Source: Candidatus Poribacteria bacterium (lineage in GTDB: Bacteria; Poribacteria; WGA-4E; PCPOR2b). From it: 64,000 bases of DNA. Both the position numbers and the translations under genes were made by a program. This document shows, piece by piece, positions 39,638 through 49,711 of the stretch; within the stretch, counting starts at the first letter, position 1; the number at the start of each line of letters is the position of its first letter. Where the stretch lies: contig OZ242351.1 of NCBI GenBank assembly GCA_965208675.1, forward strand, positions 1,568,001 to 1,632,000, read 5' to 3'. The notes beneath the pieces are model-generated. The model had not been told where the DNA came from. It saw nothing but the letters and a program-made list of their open reading frames with translations, and made no database searches.

Positions 39638-40762
39638 ATGGCAATGCAAGTCGGTGTGGTCGGTTTGAGCGGAATCGGCACCAACCATGCAGCCTGCTAC
39701 GCAACCGACGAGTTGGCGGAGTTCGTAGCTGTCTGTGATGTTATCAAAGAGCGCGCGGACAGCGTGGCGGAGCAATTTGGAGTGAATGCCTACTACAGTC
39801 TCAAGGAGATGCTGGAGTACGAATCCGAGCTTGACATTGTCGATGTCAGCACGGGAGGAAATGAGAACGGCAGTTGGCATTTCGAGCCGACCATGCAGGC
39901 GTTAGAGGCTGGTAAGCATGTTCTTGTTGAGAAACCGCTCTCCAATGATATTCACGAAGCGCGGGAAATGGTCGCCAAAGCAGAAGAGCAAAACGTCTAC
40001 TTAGGCTGCAACTTGAACCACTATTTCACACCGCCGGCTGACCGGGCGAAGCGGTATATTAGGGATGGTGAAGTGGGGGAACTCGTTTACTGCTTACATA
40101 AGATTGGGTTTCCGGGAAGTGAAGCGACCTATAGTCCTCAAGATTCACCCAAAATCAAGGGCTTCCCGTACTTCCATATGAAGGCTTTTCTTTCGCACCC
40201 CTTCAGCGTAATGCGGTATTTCTGCGGTGATGTTACACACGTGCAGGCATTTGTCGGAAGGCCAAGCTTTCGCAAAAGTGCGGGCGATGTCATGTTGTCA
40301 ATCAACAGCATACACGCCAAATTTGCAAACGACTGCGTCGGTTACCTCCTTAGCCAACGCGGCGACGCAACATTTGGCTTGGGGGGCTGGTGGAGTATTG
40401 AAGTGGGGGGAACCCGAGGCACGTTCTGCGTGGAAAATTGCATTGAGAAAGTATCATTCTGGCATGGCGCCGGGACTGCCTCACAACCCGAAAAATTGGA
40501 TGTCGGGGCATCATCAACGCCCACCGTTACAAATTCCGGTGTAACGGATTTCGGACGGACTTTTCCCCTTAGAATCCATGCGTTTCTGGAAGACATTACA
40601 AATAATGTGCATCAAGACCACCTCAGGGCATCGGGCAGGGATGCATTGGCAGCGCTAGAATACACATGGGCTGCCATGGAATCTTATGAACAGGGCGGCA
40701 TTCTCGTACGTCCCCATCCATTGCCTCCATTGCGCGGCAACGTCAAAAGTCATGCAGATTAG
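39638..40762 (+). CDS. Gfo/Idh/MocA family oxidoreductase
   Basis: GAGGAGG RBS, GVVGLSGIG Rossmann motif and AGKHVLVEKP. Confidence 0.9.
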   Translation: MAMQVGVVGLSGIGTNHAACYATDELAEFVAVCDVIKERADSVAEQFGVNAYYSLKEMLEYESELDIVDVSTGGNENGSWHFEPTMQALEAGKHVLVEKPLSNDIHEAREMVAKAEEQNVYLGCNLNHYFTPPADRAKRYIRDGEVGELVYCLHKIGFPGSEATYSPQDSPKIKGFPYFHMKAFLSHPFSVMRYFCGDVTHVQAFVGRPSFRKSAGDVMLSINSIHAKFANDCVGYLLSQRGDATFGLGGWWSIEVGGTRGTFCVENCIEKVSFWHGAGTASQPEKLDVGASSTPTVTNSGVTDFGRTFPLRIHAFLEDITNNVHQDHLRASGRDALAALEYTWAAMESYEQGGILVRPHPLPPLRGNVKSHAD

Positions 40763-40799
40763 TTGGCGTAGTTCAGAAAAGTCCTGTTCTTGACATGCG

Positions 40800-41969
40800 T
40801 TATACCCAATAGGGTGTTATCCATTCTTGCTTAACCTCCAAGCCGAATCCAGGACCCTCGTTCGGTGCAATGTAGCTGTCCTTGGGTACCGTCTCGCCTT
40901 CAAACGGTTTTGTCTCTTCTAACGGCACACCGGGGGGCGTTCCCACGAAATATTCCACCCAAGGTGTGTTGGGCATTGCAGCGGACAGATGAAGTCCATA
41001 CTGCGTCAAACCGCCGCCGTGAAATATGACCGTCAGTCCGGCGGCATCCGCCATGTGGCAAATCTTGACGCATTCTGTAATCCCGCCAACCCAATAGATG
41101 TCCGGTTGAAGAATGTCCAAACACCCGCTTTCAATAAGCTGCTTGAATGGCCACCGGGTGTATAGATGTTCGCCGCTAGCGAGAGACACCCAGTTTACGG
41201 CGTTTCGTACCTTAACGTGCCCATCAATATCTTCCGGGATGAGAAATTCTTCAATCCATTTCAGCCGGTAGGGCTTAAGCCGGCGCGCCAAGCGAATCGT
41301 ATAATCGACATCGAAAGCCATGTAGCAATCAAGCATTATCTCGACACTATCTCCAACAAACTCCCGCGTTTCAGCCACGAGTTTTTCGTTCGCGTTCAAT
41401 CCCGATAACCCGTCCGCGGGACCATAGGGGCACGCAAGTTTCACGGCTTTGAAGCCGAGTTCAATCTGCCAATCCGTGTCGTTGCCGGTCGCGTATGCGA
41501 AAAGCCTATCTCGAACCGGTCCGCCTAACAGCTCATAAACTGGCTGGTTCTTGATTTTGCCGATTACATCCCAGAGGGCGAGATCTACCGCGCTCATTGC
41601 GCAGCTTGTCAAGCCAAGCGAACCGTAGGGTTTCGACATCCGGAACATCATATCCCAGATTTTCTCAATCGCGAAGCAGTTTTCACCCGCCAGCATCGGA
41701 GCGAAATGGCCGTCAATGATTGTCGCCACAGGGTTACCGAACGACGTTTGCCCTAGTCCCCACGTGCCGTCTTCAACGGTAACTTTCACAAAAACATCGC
41801 CCCATTTCGGCATCCAACGCGACCGGTGGCGTTTGAATCTGGGATATTTCGACATCGGGTTGGCAACCTCTGCGCTTTCGACCCAAGACGGGCGCCGCGG
41901 CGGCGTGTGCTTGTTGACGCGGGATGGAATGTTTAATTTAACAGCTTGAATCTCTTTAATCTTCATCAT
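40800..41969 (-). CDS. Mandelate racemase-subgroup enolase, L-rhamnonate dehydratase-like
   Basis: ANPMSKYP, SAVDLALWD, LDCYM, WIEE, GEH and QPDIYWVGG. Confidence 0.85.
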   Translation of the reverse strand: MMKIKEIQAVKLNIPSRVNKHTPPRRPSWVESAEVANPMSKYPRFKRHRSRWMPKWGDVFVKVTVEDGTWGLGQTSFGNPVATIIDGHFAPMLAGENCFAIEKIWDMMFRMSKPYGSLGLTSCAMSAVDLALWDVIGKIKNQPVYELLGGPVRDRLFAYATGNDTDWQIELGFKAVKLACPYGPADGLSGLNANEKLVAETREFVGDSVEIMLDCYMAFDVDYTIRLARRLKPYRLKWIEEFLIPEDIDGHVKVRNAVNWVSLASGEHLYTRWPFKQLIESGCLDILQPDIYWVGGITECVKICHMADAAGLTVIFHGGGLTQYGLHLSAAMPNTPWVEYFVGTPPGVPLEETKPFEGETVPKDSYIAPNEGPGFGLEVKQEWITPYWV

Positions 41970-42119
41970 TTACTCCTGATGATAACTTGTTCAACAAACA
42001 TCCGTCAAATGTTGACCAAGCAGCACCAACAACGTTTGCGTCTTTAAGACGGATCTCTGTTCCGTTTTATCACAGGTAACCGATGCATTCGGAGGTGGTT
42101 GAATGTGCGGCTATTTGCT

Positions 42120-44897
42120 TTAGTGTGAAGCCGGCATCGGCACTTCGGCGGGTTCAATGCGGACGGGGCAGACTTTCAGTTCAGCCGTATGTGTAACCGG
42201 GTCATAGCCCGATCCTGTTAAGATGTTTACCGGTACATCGCTGAAGCTAAAGCTGGCGAACACCGTACCGCGCGGCGAACGCGGCGTGGCTTTAACTCGT
42301 ATCTTTACCGTACCGCGTGCGCTCGTCATTTGGCACCAACCGCCATCCATTAACCCCCACGCCTTAACATCAATGGGGTTCACCTCTAAAGCCTCCTCGG
42401 ACAGCAGATAGTCAATGCCCTGCGAACGGCCGGTTTGCGTGCGCGTGTGGTAGGACGCGAGCCGGCGCCCGGTGGTAAGCCAGACGGGAAAGTCGTTGTC
42501 GATTGTCTCTGCCGGGTCGCGATAGTAAATACGTTTAAAAATGCCGCGGCCGTTCTCGAATTTATCTTGGTGCAGCATCGGTGTGCCGGGGTGTCCCTCG
42601 TGAGGCACCGGCCATTGGTACGCACCTTCGTCAATCCGGTCCCAATCGATACCCGCGTAGAGGGGTGAAACGCTGCAGAGTTCGTTAAAAATCTCCTGTG
42701 CCGATCCGAAATCAAATCCCTGAAAACCGAGGCGTTTGGCAATCTGGGCAATTATCCACCAGTCGGGTTTTGCTTTGCCCGGCGGCGGTACAGCCGCGCG
42801 GACACGCTGGACTCGGCGTTCTGTGTTTGTGCATACGCCGTCGGTTTCGCCCCAAGCGGCCGCGGGCAGCACAACGTCTGCAAGTTGCGCGGTATCGGTC
42901 AAAAAGATATCAATCACAACGAGATGGTCAAGGCTTCTGAGTGCGTGTTCGCAGTGCGCTCGATTGGGATCGGAGAGCAGTGTGTTCTCCCCGTCAATAA
43001 GCATTGCCCGAATCTGTTCGCCGCACAGATCGAGCGCCGTAACTTTGGTGATACCCTTTTCCATGTCTATGTGTGCACCGTATAACCTGTTGAATTTCGC
43101 TTGGTTATCCGGATCAGTGACGGATTGGAAACCGGGGTAGTTGTTCGGAAGCGCGCCGCTGTCGCCCGCACCTTGAATGTTGTTCTGCCCGCGCATCGGG
43201 TTAATGCCCGTTCCCTCGCGGCCAATGTTACCGGTCATAAGGGCGAGGTTGCACAGGCTCTGCACATTGTCAACGCCGCAGATATGTTCGGTGACCCCGA
43301 GCGTATAATAGATTGCAGCTTTGTCTGCCATACCGTACCACAACGCCGCAATCTCAATATCCCGTGCGGGGACGCCCGTTATCGTTTCAGCCCACTCCGG
43401 CGGGAACGCCCTGACATGCTCAAGAAAATCCTCACTGCCAGTTGTTCGGTTCGAGATGAATTCAGGGTCAATCAGCCCCTCACGGGCGATTACATGCGCC
43501 ATGGCGAGCAGGAGTGCAACGTCCGACCCAACTCGAATCGGGAGGAAGAGATTCGATAGCTCCACAAGCCCAATCCGCCGCGGATCAGCAACGATTAGCT
43601 TGGCTCCCCGTGCGACCGCTTTCTTGAGGCGCGTTGCTGCGACAGGATGGCATTCGGTCATATTTGTCCCAATGCAAAATATAACATCGGGTTTCTCCAT
43701 GTCAATAAGCGGATTCGACATTGCGCCGCGTCCGATTGTGGCTGCCAGACCGGCAACCGTCGGCGCGTGTCAGGCACGGCTGCAGTTGTCTATGTAGTTC
43801 GTTCCGAAACCGGCGCGGATAAACTTCTGCATTAGATATGCGGCTTCATTCGGCGCGCGCCCCGAAGCAACGCCGTAAATGCTATGTCTACCGTAATTCT
43901 CCCGCACCGCGCGAAAGCCGTCAGCCGCGCGGTCGAGCGCTTCGTCCCAACTTGCACCGCGGAGTTGACCGTCGCCGCCGCGAACCAACGGTGTAGACAA
44001 CCGGTCAGGGTGCTGGACAAAATCGAAGGCGAACTGCCCCTTAACACAGAGCGCGCCTTGGTTTGCCGGACCGTCCATCGCGGGGTGGATACCGATGAGC
44101 CTATCTTTTTTGGTCAGCATGTCAACCGAGCAACCGACGCCGCAGTACGGGCAAATCGTGCGCGTCTTCTCGATTTCGCCCGGAAGATTCACTGCGCGCA
44201 GTGCCTTCTTGTCGGCAAGCGCCCCGGTGGGGCACGTCTGTACGCATTGGCCGCAAAAGGTGCATGCGGAGTCTTTCAAAATGCCGTTGAACTCAGTCGT
44301 AATCTGCGTGTCAAAACCGCGGTTCATTACACTAATGGCGTAATCTCCCTCCTGTTCTGCGCAAACCCGCACACATCGGTAGCAGGAGATACACAGGTCG
44401 TAATCGCGCAGAATAAAGGGATTCTCGTCGCCCGTGTTGCTAACGCCGGACTGTTTTCCGTTGAAGCGCCCGGTACGCGCCTCGTAGCGTTCGACAAGGT
44501 TCGTAAGTTCCTGTGACGCATAACCGCGCAGGGGATTGACATCAAGTTCTCGGTTCTCGGAGGCAACCATTTCAAGCAAAACTTTGCGGTGTTTCTCAAT
44601 CTCCTCCGTTGCCGTTCGGACGGCCATACAGGGTGTTGCCTTCGTGGTGCAAGAGGCAACCGGATTTCGCGTCCCTTCAAGTTCGACAATGCAGAGGCGG
44701 CATCCGCCGAAGGCATCCAGGCGGGGATCGTAACAGAGCGTCGGAATGTCTATGCCACGGCGATGCGCAACATCGTAGATGGTTTCACCCTCCGAATAGG
44801 TTACCACTTCGCCATCCAGTGTAATTGCGGCAGGCTGCACTTCCGTCGGGGCGGAATTAATACCGTTCTTCAATTTTTCACGATTCGGTTTTGACAC
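42120..44897 (-). CDS. Selenocysteine-containing formate dehydrogenase alpha subunit (Mo/W-bisPGD), 925 aa
   Basis: The two track ORFs are in the same frame and joined by TGA at 43770-43772: DNCSRA-U-HAPTVAGL. Also present: a 2Fe-2S domain, two 4Fe-4S motifs, CPYCGVGC and PMRGQNNIQG. Confidence 0.92.
43740..43758 (-). promoter_or_regulatory. Bacterial SECIS element
   Basis: Hairpin GGTTGCC-GGTCT-GGCAGCC following an 11-nt spacer after the UGA, like the E. coli fdhF SECIS (GGUUGCAGGUCUGCACC). Confidence 0.85.
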
Positions 44898-44969
44898 GTT
44901 TCAAATCCCTTTGGCATAGAATTCGTTTATTGTCGTGTGATTACACTGAAACCACAGTTCTAATCTGTC

Positions 44970-46649
44970 TCACGGCTCCACGTGTTGCGCAACTCGTTCC
45001 GGAAAATATTTCATCAAGCTGTCTGTAATTAGCGGCGCCGCCATCCCGAGTCCGCAGGCGCTCGCCGCCTTCATTGCGTTGCCGATGTCTTTTACCTCGC
45101 CAATCCATTCCCCTAGTTCCGTGGGTCCCGCCTTTCCATTTAGGCGCTCGGTGAGGCGCTGCGTACCGATTCGGCACGGAAAACACTTTCCGCATGACTC
45201 TTCGGCGAAAAATGCCATGGCGCTGCGCGCCGCTTCGACCATGTCCCGGCTGTCATCGAACACTATAATCCCGCCAGCGCCAAGCATCGAACCCTTGCTC
45301 CGCAGGCTCGTCTCATCGAGTGTTACGTTGAGGTCCTCTCCCGCCAAGAAACCGCCCGAAAGCCCCGCCATTGTAACCGACTGAATCGAACGGTTTTCCC
45401 GGGCGCCGCCTGCCCAGTCATAGAGCAGCGTCTCCAACGGCAGCCCAAACGGCGCTTCATAGTTGCCGGGTTTTTGGATGTCGCCGGAAAGACTGATTAC
45501 CTTTGTGCCGGCGTGGCCGTTCATCCCTAGCCCTCGATACCAGTTTGCACCATTACGCAGGATTTGCGGTACCGAGGCGAGGGTCTCGACGTTGTTCACA
45601 GCCGTGGGTAGATTCTCGTAACCGTGTGTGACCGGATAGGGCGGGCGGTTGCGAGGGAATGGATGTTTCCCTTCCAGACTATTCAGCAGCGAACCTTCCT
45701 CGCCGCAGATGTATGCACCGGCTCCGCGTCTCAGATGAATCCGAAAACTGAAATCACTCCCAAGCACTTCTTCACCGAGGAAACCGGCGGATTCCGCTTC
45801 AGCAATCGCACGTTCGAGAACATTGAATGTGCCGGGGTACTCATATCGCAGGTAGATGAAGCCGCGCGTTGCGCCAGTGGCGTAGGCTGCGAGCGTCATT
45901 CCCTCAATCACAGCATGCGGGTCGTAGTCGAGGATGGCGCGGTCCTTAAAGCACCCAGGCTCGCCCTCATCGGCGTTACAGATGACGGTTTTAGGCGTTC
46001 CAGGGGCTTCGGCAACCGCTTTCCATTTGAGACCGGTTGGGAAGCCCGCGCCTCCTCGTCCGGCGAGTTGGCTTTCTGTGATAAGCGCAACTACCTCGCT
46101 AGGTTGCATCTCTTTGACAGCCCGCTGAAGCCCTTCGTACCCGCCCGTTTGGCAATAGCCCTCAATGCTATATCTGCCCGGCGTGCGAATCGCGGCAAAG
46201 ACGCACTCCTCGATGCCGCCCGGATTCCGCGGAGGCAATGGCGACGGTCGGGCTTCTAGCGTACCCGAACTTGCTCCAACACGTACCGTATGCCCGTCAA
46301 GAACCGGGACGTAATCGTCGCAGCGCCCGGCGCAGGGCATGGCTTGCGCGCCTTCATCCTTGAGTTCTTCGATGATTTGTTTGCCGCCTTCCAGACAGCA
46401 GACGGGTCCCATGCAGACGCGTGGCGCAGTTTGCCCGGGCGGGTTTCGGGAAAAGTGGTGGTAGAAGGTAACGATGCCGAAGAGGTCTGCCAGTGGAATT
46501 TTTAGCCCGACAGCCGCAGCGCGGAGAGATTCATCCGAAATAAAACCGTCTCGGTCATGAAAGGCGTGCAGCATCGGAAGCAATGGCGCCGGTTCGCTGC
46601 TCCAACGCTCAATAAGTTCCCGGTTCGTAGGAGTTTTCATCGCGCACAC
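44970..46649 (-). CDS. Fused NuoE-NuoF-like NAD(H)/FMN subunit of NAD-dependent formate dehydrogenase
   Basis: VTFYHHF, CMGPVC...CAGRC (2Fe-2S), GRGGAGFPTG, NADEGEPG, GAGAYICGEE and SCGKCFPCRIG. Confidence 0.9.
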   Translation of the reverse strand: MCAMKTPTNRELIERWSSEPAPLLPMLHAFHDRDGFISDESLRAAAVGLKIPLADLFGIVTFYHHFSRNPPGQTAPRVCMGPVCCLEGGKQIIEELKDEGAQAMPCAGRCDDYVPVLDGHTVRVGASSGTLEARPSPLPPRNPGGIEECVFAAIRTPGRYSIEGYCQTGGYEGLQRAVKEMQPSEVVALITESQLAGRGGAGFPTGLKWKAVAEAPGTPKTVICNADEGEPGCFKDRAILDYDPHAVIEGMTLAAYATGATRGFIYLRYEYPGTFNVLERAIAEAESAGFLGEEVLGSDFSFRIHLRRGAGAYICGEEGSLLNSLEGKHPFPRNRPPYPVTHGYENLPTAVNNVETLASVPQILRNGANWYRGLGMNGHAGTKVISLSGDIQKPGNYEAPFGLPLETLLYDWAGGARENRSIQSVTMAGLSGGFLAGEDLNVTLDETSLRSKGSMLGAGGIIVFDDSRDMVEAARSAMAFFAEESCGKCFPCRIGTQRLTERLNGKAGPTELGEWIGEVKDIGNAMKAASACGLGMAAPLITDSLMKYFPERVAQHVEP

Positions 46650-46711
46650 CCGCTACCAAGTTTAATCCAGCCCTGCATTTGAGGGCACATACCGCCTCAC
46701 CTGTTTCGGCA

Positions 46712-46740
46712 ATAGTAGCACGCAATAGGTGGCTTGTCAA
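46712..46740 (-). promoter_or_regulatory. Sigma70-type promoter for the FDH operon
   Basis: TTGACA-17 nt-TACTAT on the minus strand. Confidence 0.65.
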
Positions 46741-46784
46741 TTGGATTTTAAGCATGTTTTCCCGCCAATCCGCTATCAGATTTT

Positions 46785-46884
46785 GTAGGTTGGGTAGAGC
46801 GGGTATGCCGCAACACGTGCATGTTAACGAATATCTCTGTCGGTCAATTGCATGCTAGATTTACTGGATGTAGCGAAACCCAAC
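46785..46884 (+). repeat. Long REP element, GTAGGTTGGGTAGAGCG...CGAAACCCAAC family
   Basis: About 100 bp and colinear with the 61468-61569 copy. A degenerate inverted partner lies at 47083-47100. Confidence 0.72.
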
Positions 46885-47108
46885 GCCCTTAAAACCTCCG
46901 TCATTCCGATATACACCGAACACAATTTACCGATCCGAAATTTGAATTAGGTCGTTGGTTTCTCTATTTTATGTTTCCATTATCAATTGCCGCGTTGTTA
47001 ATGCGCACCCGCCGCCAGTCACGAGGCTACAAAATTGTTCGGCTTCGCGGAAAACTATCGTCCTAACATTTCGTTTGGCTGACCGCTCTACCAAACCTAA
47101 AAAAACTA

Positions 47109-48269
47109 TCATTCGCTTTCTTGCTCAGCTTCGGGAATCAACGATTTTGCAATTTGGATGATTTCAGGTTGGTCTAACTCGCTGATTAAGGCAAAATTGA
47201 TCCCGCCTTCATACCATTTCAAAATTAACGTCTGATGGCGTTTCATAATTTCCACAGGTGTTTCGTTGAACTGCTTGATGCGAACTCCCTTACCAGCGTG
47301 GCTTTTCGAACTGCGCTGCTTGCGGGGCGGTTTGCGTTTTGATTCAAATAGAGAAAACTCCATCAGTCCATCGCTGTATCGTAGATGCACCGTCGGTCTA
47401 GGCGCTCGAAGCGGCACCGCTCGTTTAGGACCGAATGCAATCTGTGTAATCTGCTGTAACTTAAACCCGGGCGGGAGATATGTGGGTAGAACTAACCGAT
47501 TATCCAGTGCCTTTTTTGCATCTGCCAATGATATGGATTTGCCGCGCCGTCGTGAATCGGCGGGGTTTGATTTCTCTTCATGTTGGAATTTTGACAACTC
47601 TTCCTTTACTTTGTCGGGTTGAAAACTAATCTGGGTATAGACTGACAGAAATCTGAGATTCTCTTTGGCGTCAAAGTGTTCAATTCTCAAGATAACTCCC
47701 TTATCCTCCGCTATCCAGATGCGCCTTGTTGGTCTATGCTCGATTTCGGGCTTAGGGGCAATCGTTAATACGTTGGCTTCAAAGCCGGCAATCTTCTCTT
47801 TGGAGGCGTGGAACTTAAGCGTGTAGTTCTGAACTAATAACTCCGAATTGTCCTGCGACAGCCGCTCAGCAATTTTGTGCGGCGGGCGGAAAAATGCCCT
47901 TCCGTCAAAATGATGTCTGAAAGGCACGTCGGATTTAAAGTTCCCCTTTCCCCTGCCGCGTTTCCTCCAACCGCCGCGAGTTTTTGGGCGGTAACCCTCC
48001 TTTAGCGGCGCCACCATCTTGACATGATGAGCTGAAGGCGGATGGTGGACAACTAGCTCCTCGCGCGCAAAACAACCGTCATACGACCAACTAATCGTGA
48101 GCCGTTTCCCAACATACCTAATCTCCCGTTCCGCCGACTTCAGACGCTGAAAGACCTCGGAAGCAAGAGCAGATGAATTGTCTTGCGCAGCGTCCGCTGC
48201 GGCATCGCATGCCACAATTAGCAGAACAAACGCGGTATTCAAGATTTGGCGTTTTTGCCTGAAAAACAT
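47109..48269 (-). CDS. MucB/RseB-like periplasmic anti-sigma regulator
   Basis: LolA-like fold motifs (IAGFEANVLTIAP, RRIWI, LPTYLPPGF, HLRYSDGLMEFSLFE); follows the anti-sigma gene. Confidence 0.78.
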   Translation of the reverse strand: MFFRQKRQILNTAFVLLIVACDAAADAAQDNSSALASEVFQRLKSAEREIRYVGKRLTISWSYDGCFAREELVVHHPPSAHHVKMVAPLKEGYRPKTRGGWRKRGRGKGNFKSDVPFRHHFDGRAFFRPPHKIAERLSQDNSELLVQNYTLKFHASKEKIAGFEANVLTIAPKPEIEHRPTRRIWIAEDKGVILRIEHFDAKENLRFLSVYTQISFQPDKVKEELSKFQHEEKSNPADSRRRGKSISLADAKKALDNRLVLPTYLPPGFKLQQITQIAFGPKRAVPLRAPRPTVHLRYSDGLMEFSLFESKRKPPRKQRSSKSHAGKGVRIKQFNETPVEIMKRHQTLILKWYEGGINFALISELDQPEIIQIAKSLIPEAEQESE

Positions 48270-48273
48270 GGAT

Positions 48274-48786
48274 TTAATCTCCGAAATGGGCATCTAGGAA
48301 GATTTCAGTTTCTTCCTGAAAATCTGTGTAAGCGACTTCAAAGGGTTGATTGACATCGGCGTATTGTGTCCCGAAATTGTCCATTCCATAATCCGTGTGA
48401 ATTGCCACGTATAAGTCGATTGGATCATCGTGGTAATTCTGATTTGGGCTGAAATAAATTATCCCTAACACCAGGCACGCTAGGACAATCGTGCCCGCAA
48501 CTGCAGGAACTGGGCGGAAAATCCATCGGCGCCGGATTTGTCTGGATCGGCTGCGGTCCTTTGTCTGCTGTCTGCTGACTATCTGTTCTTGAACAGCTTC
48601 CCAAATCCCAAGGGGCGCCGGCTGCCGTAAATCTGCAATCCGCTGGCTGTTACGCTTGAGTTCGGAAAGGACTTCGGCGCATTCACCGCAGGTGTGTATG
48701 TGCACTTTAACCACTTCACGTTCCTGTTGGGTCAATTCATCATCAATGTACGCAGATAGCAATTTTTGAATACGACGATGTTTCAT
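48274..48786 (-). CDS. Zinc-binding anti-sigma factor (zf-HC2) with TM helix
   Basis: LLSAYIDDEL...HIHTCGEC and a single TM helix. Confidence 0.88.
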   Translation of the reverse strand: MKHRRIQKLLSAYIDDELTQQEREVVKVHIHTCGECAEVLSELKRNSQRIADLRQPAPLGIWEAVQEQIVSRQQTKDRSRSRQIRRRWIFRPVPAVAGTIVLACLVLGIIYFSPNQNYHDDPIDLYVAIHTDYGMDNFGTQYADVNQPFEVAYTDFQEETEIFLDAHFGD

Positions 48787-48792
48787 AGAGGT

Positions 48793-49398
48793 TCACCAAT
48801 CTTTCTGTTTCAAAACCTTTCTCAACGAAAGCCTCGCCTCATGAAGCCGTGACTTTACGCGTCCAACGGAGCAATTGAGTACCTCCGCCAACTCATCGTA
48901 GGACAAATTTTCCATCTCGCGAAGGATTAGAATCTTTCGGTAATCGTGTTTGAGTTGCGCCAGGGCGGCTTGCAGTATCTCTTGCTGCTCAGCCAGGAGC
49001 ATCTCTTTTTCAGGTGTTCTGGAATCTACGGGCGTCCACGCTTGCGAATCGTCCATTTCCGTCGGCGATGTCTGCTGCCGCTGCCGCCGGTTTATCTCGT
49101 TGATGCACATGTTCGTCGCAACGCGGTAAAGCCATGTGGAAAACCGAGATTTGAATTGGAACTGCCCAATCTTTTCCCATACCGATAAAAACACGTCTTG
49201 GGTAATGTCTTGCGCATCTTCCGCGTTGCCGAGCATGCCGTAGGCGATATTATAGACCTGGTTTTGATATAGGCGGACAATCCGTCCCATTGCCTGAACA
49301 TCGCCCGCTTGGCAGTGCTCAATTAAATCTCGTTCCTGTTGGTCGACCAGTTCTTCAACCTCTGTGGAGATGAAATGTGCAGCGCATACACTTACCAT
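48793..49398 (-). CDS. ECF RNA polymerase sigma factor (RpoE/SigW-like)
   Basis: DAQDITQDVF, FSTWLYRVATN and LSYDELAEVLNCSVGRVKSRLHEAR. The start is uncertain. Confidence 0.9.
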   Translation of the reverse strand: MVSVCAAHFISTEVEELVDQQERDLIEHCQAGDVQAMGRIVRLYQNQVYNIAYGMLGNAEDAQDITQDVFLSVWEKIGQFQFKSRFSTWLYRVATNMCINEINRRQRQQTSPTEMDDSQAWTPVDSRTPEKEMLLAEQQEILQAALAQLKHDYRKILILREMENLSYDELAEVLNCSVGRVKSRLHEARLSLRKVLKQKDW

Positions 49399-49672
49399 AG
49401 TAGACAGCACAACCTTTTGTTTTTCATGATTGTAAATTAGACAAACAATCTTGAAAAAGGTTCGCCTTTTTGGGAGAATTACGCCGCCCGAAGATATTTT
49501 GCCACAGACCTGCGCATGAGGCAAGCCGAAAACCGACTTAGGACTGTTCGGTCACGACGCTCAGAATTGGTCTCAATTAACTAACAAGCACGTTAGTCAT
49601 TGGTAATGAACGAAACGGGCGGAATGCCCGCCGCGCACCGAGATGTTCACGGGATGAGCGCCAAATCTACGC

Positions 49673-49701
49673 TTGACGATAAGATGACTACATGGTAATA
49701 T
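49673..49701 (+). promoter_or_regulatory. Sigma70-type promoter for recJ (near-leaderless)
   Basis: TTGACG-17 nt-TAATAT, 10 nt before the ATG, with no SD sequence. Confidence 0.5.
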
Positions 49702-49711
49702 ACACCCTGTC

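Noticed and set aside
43770-43772. FDH pseudogene or split gene
   Set aside because: The in-frame UGA sits at the Cys/Sec ligand site with a SECIS, so recoding explains it better.
43884-46259. Long antisense ORFs (210-211 aa) opposite the FDH genes, and similar shadows elsewhere (e.g. 1199-1792, 16566-17186)
   Set aside because: These are typical antisense shadows of GC-rich coding sequence with no protein motifs.
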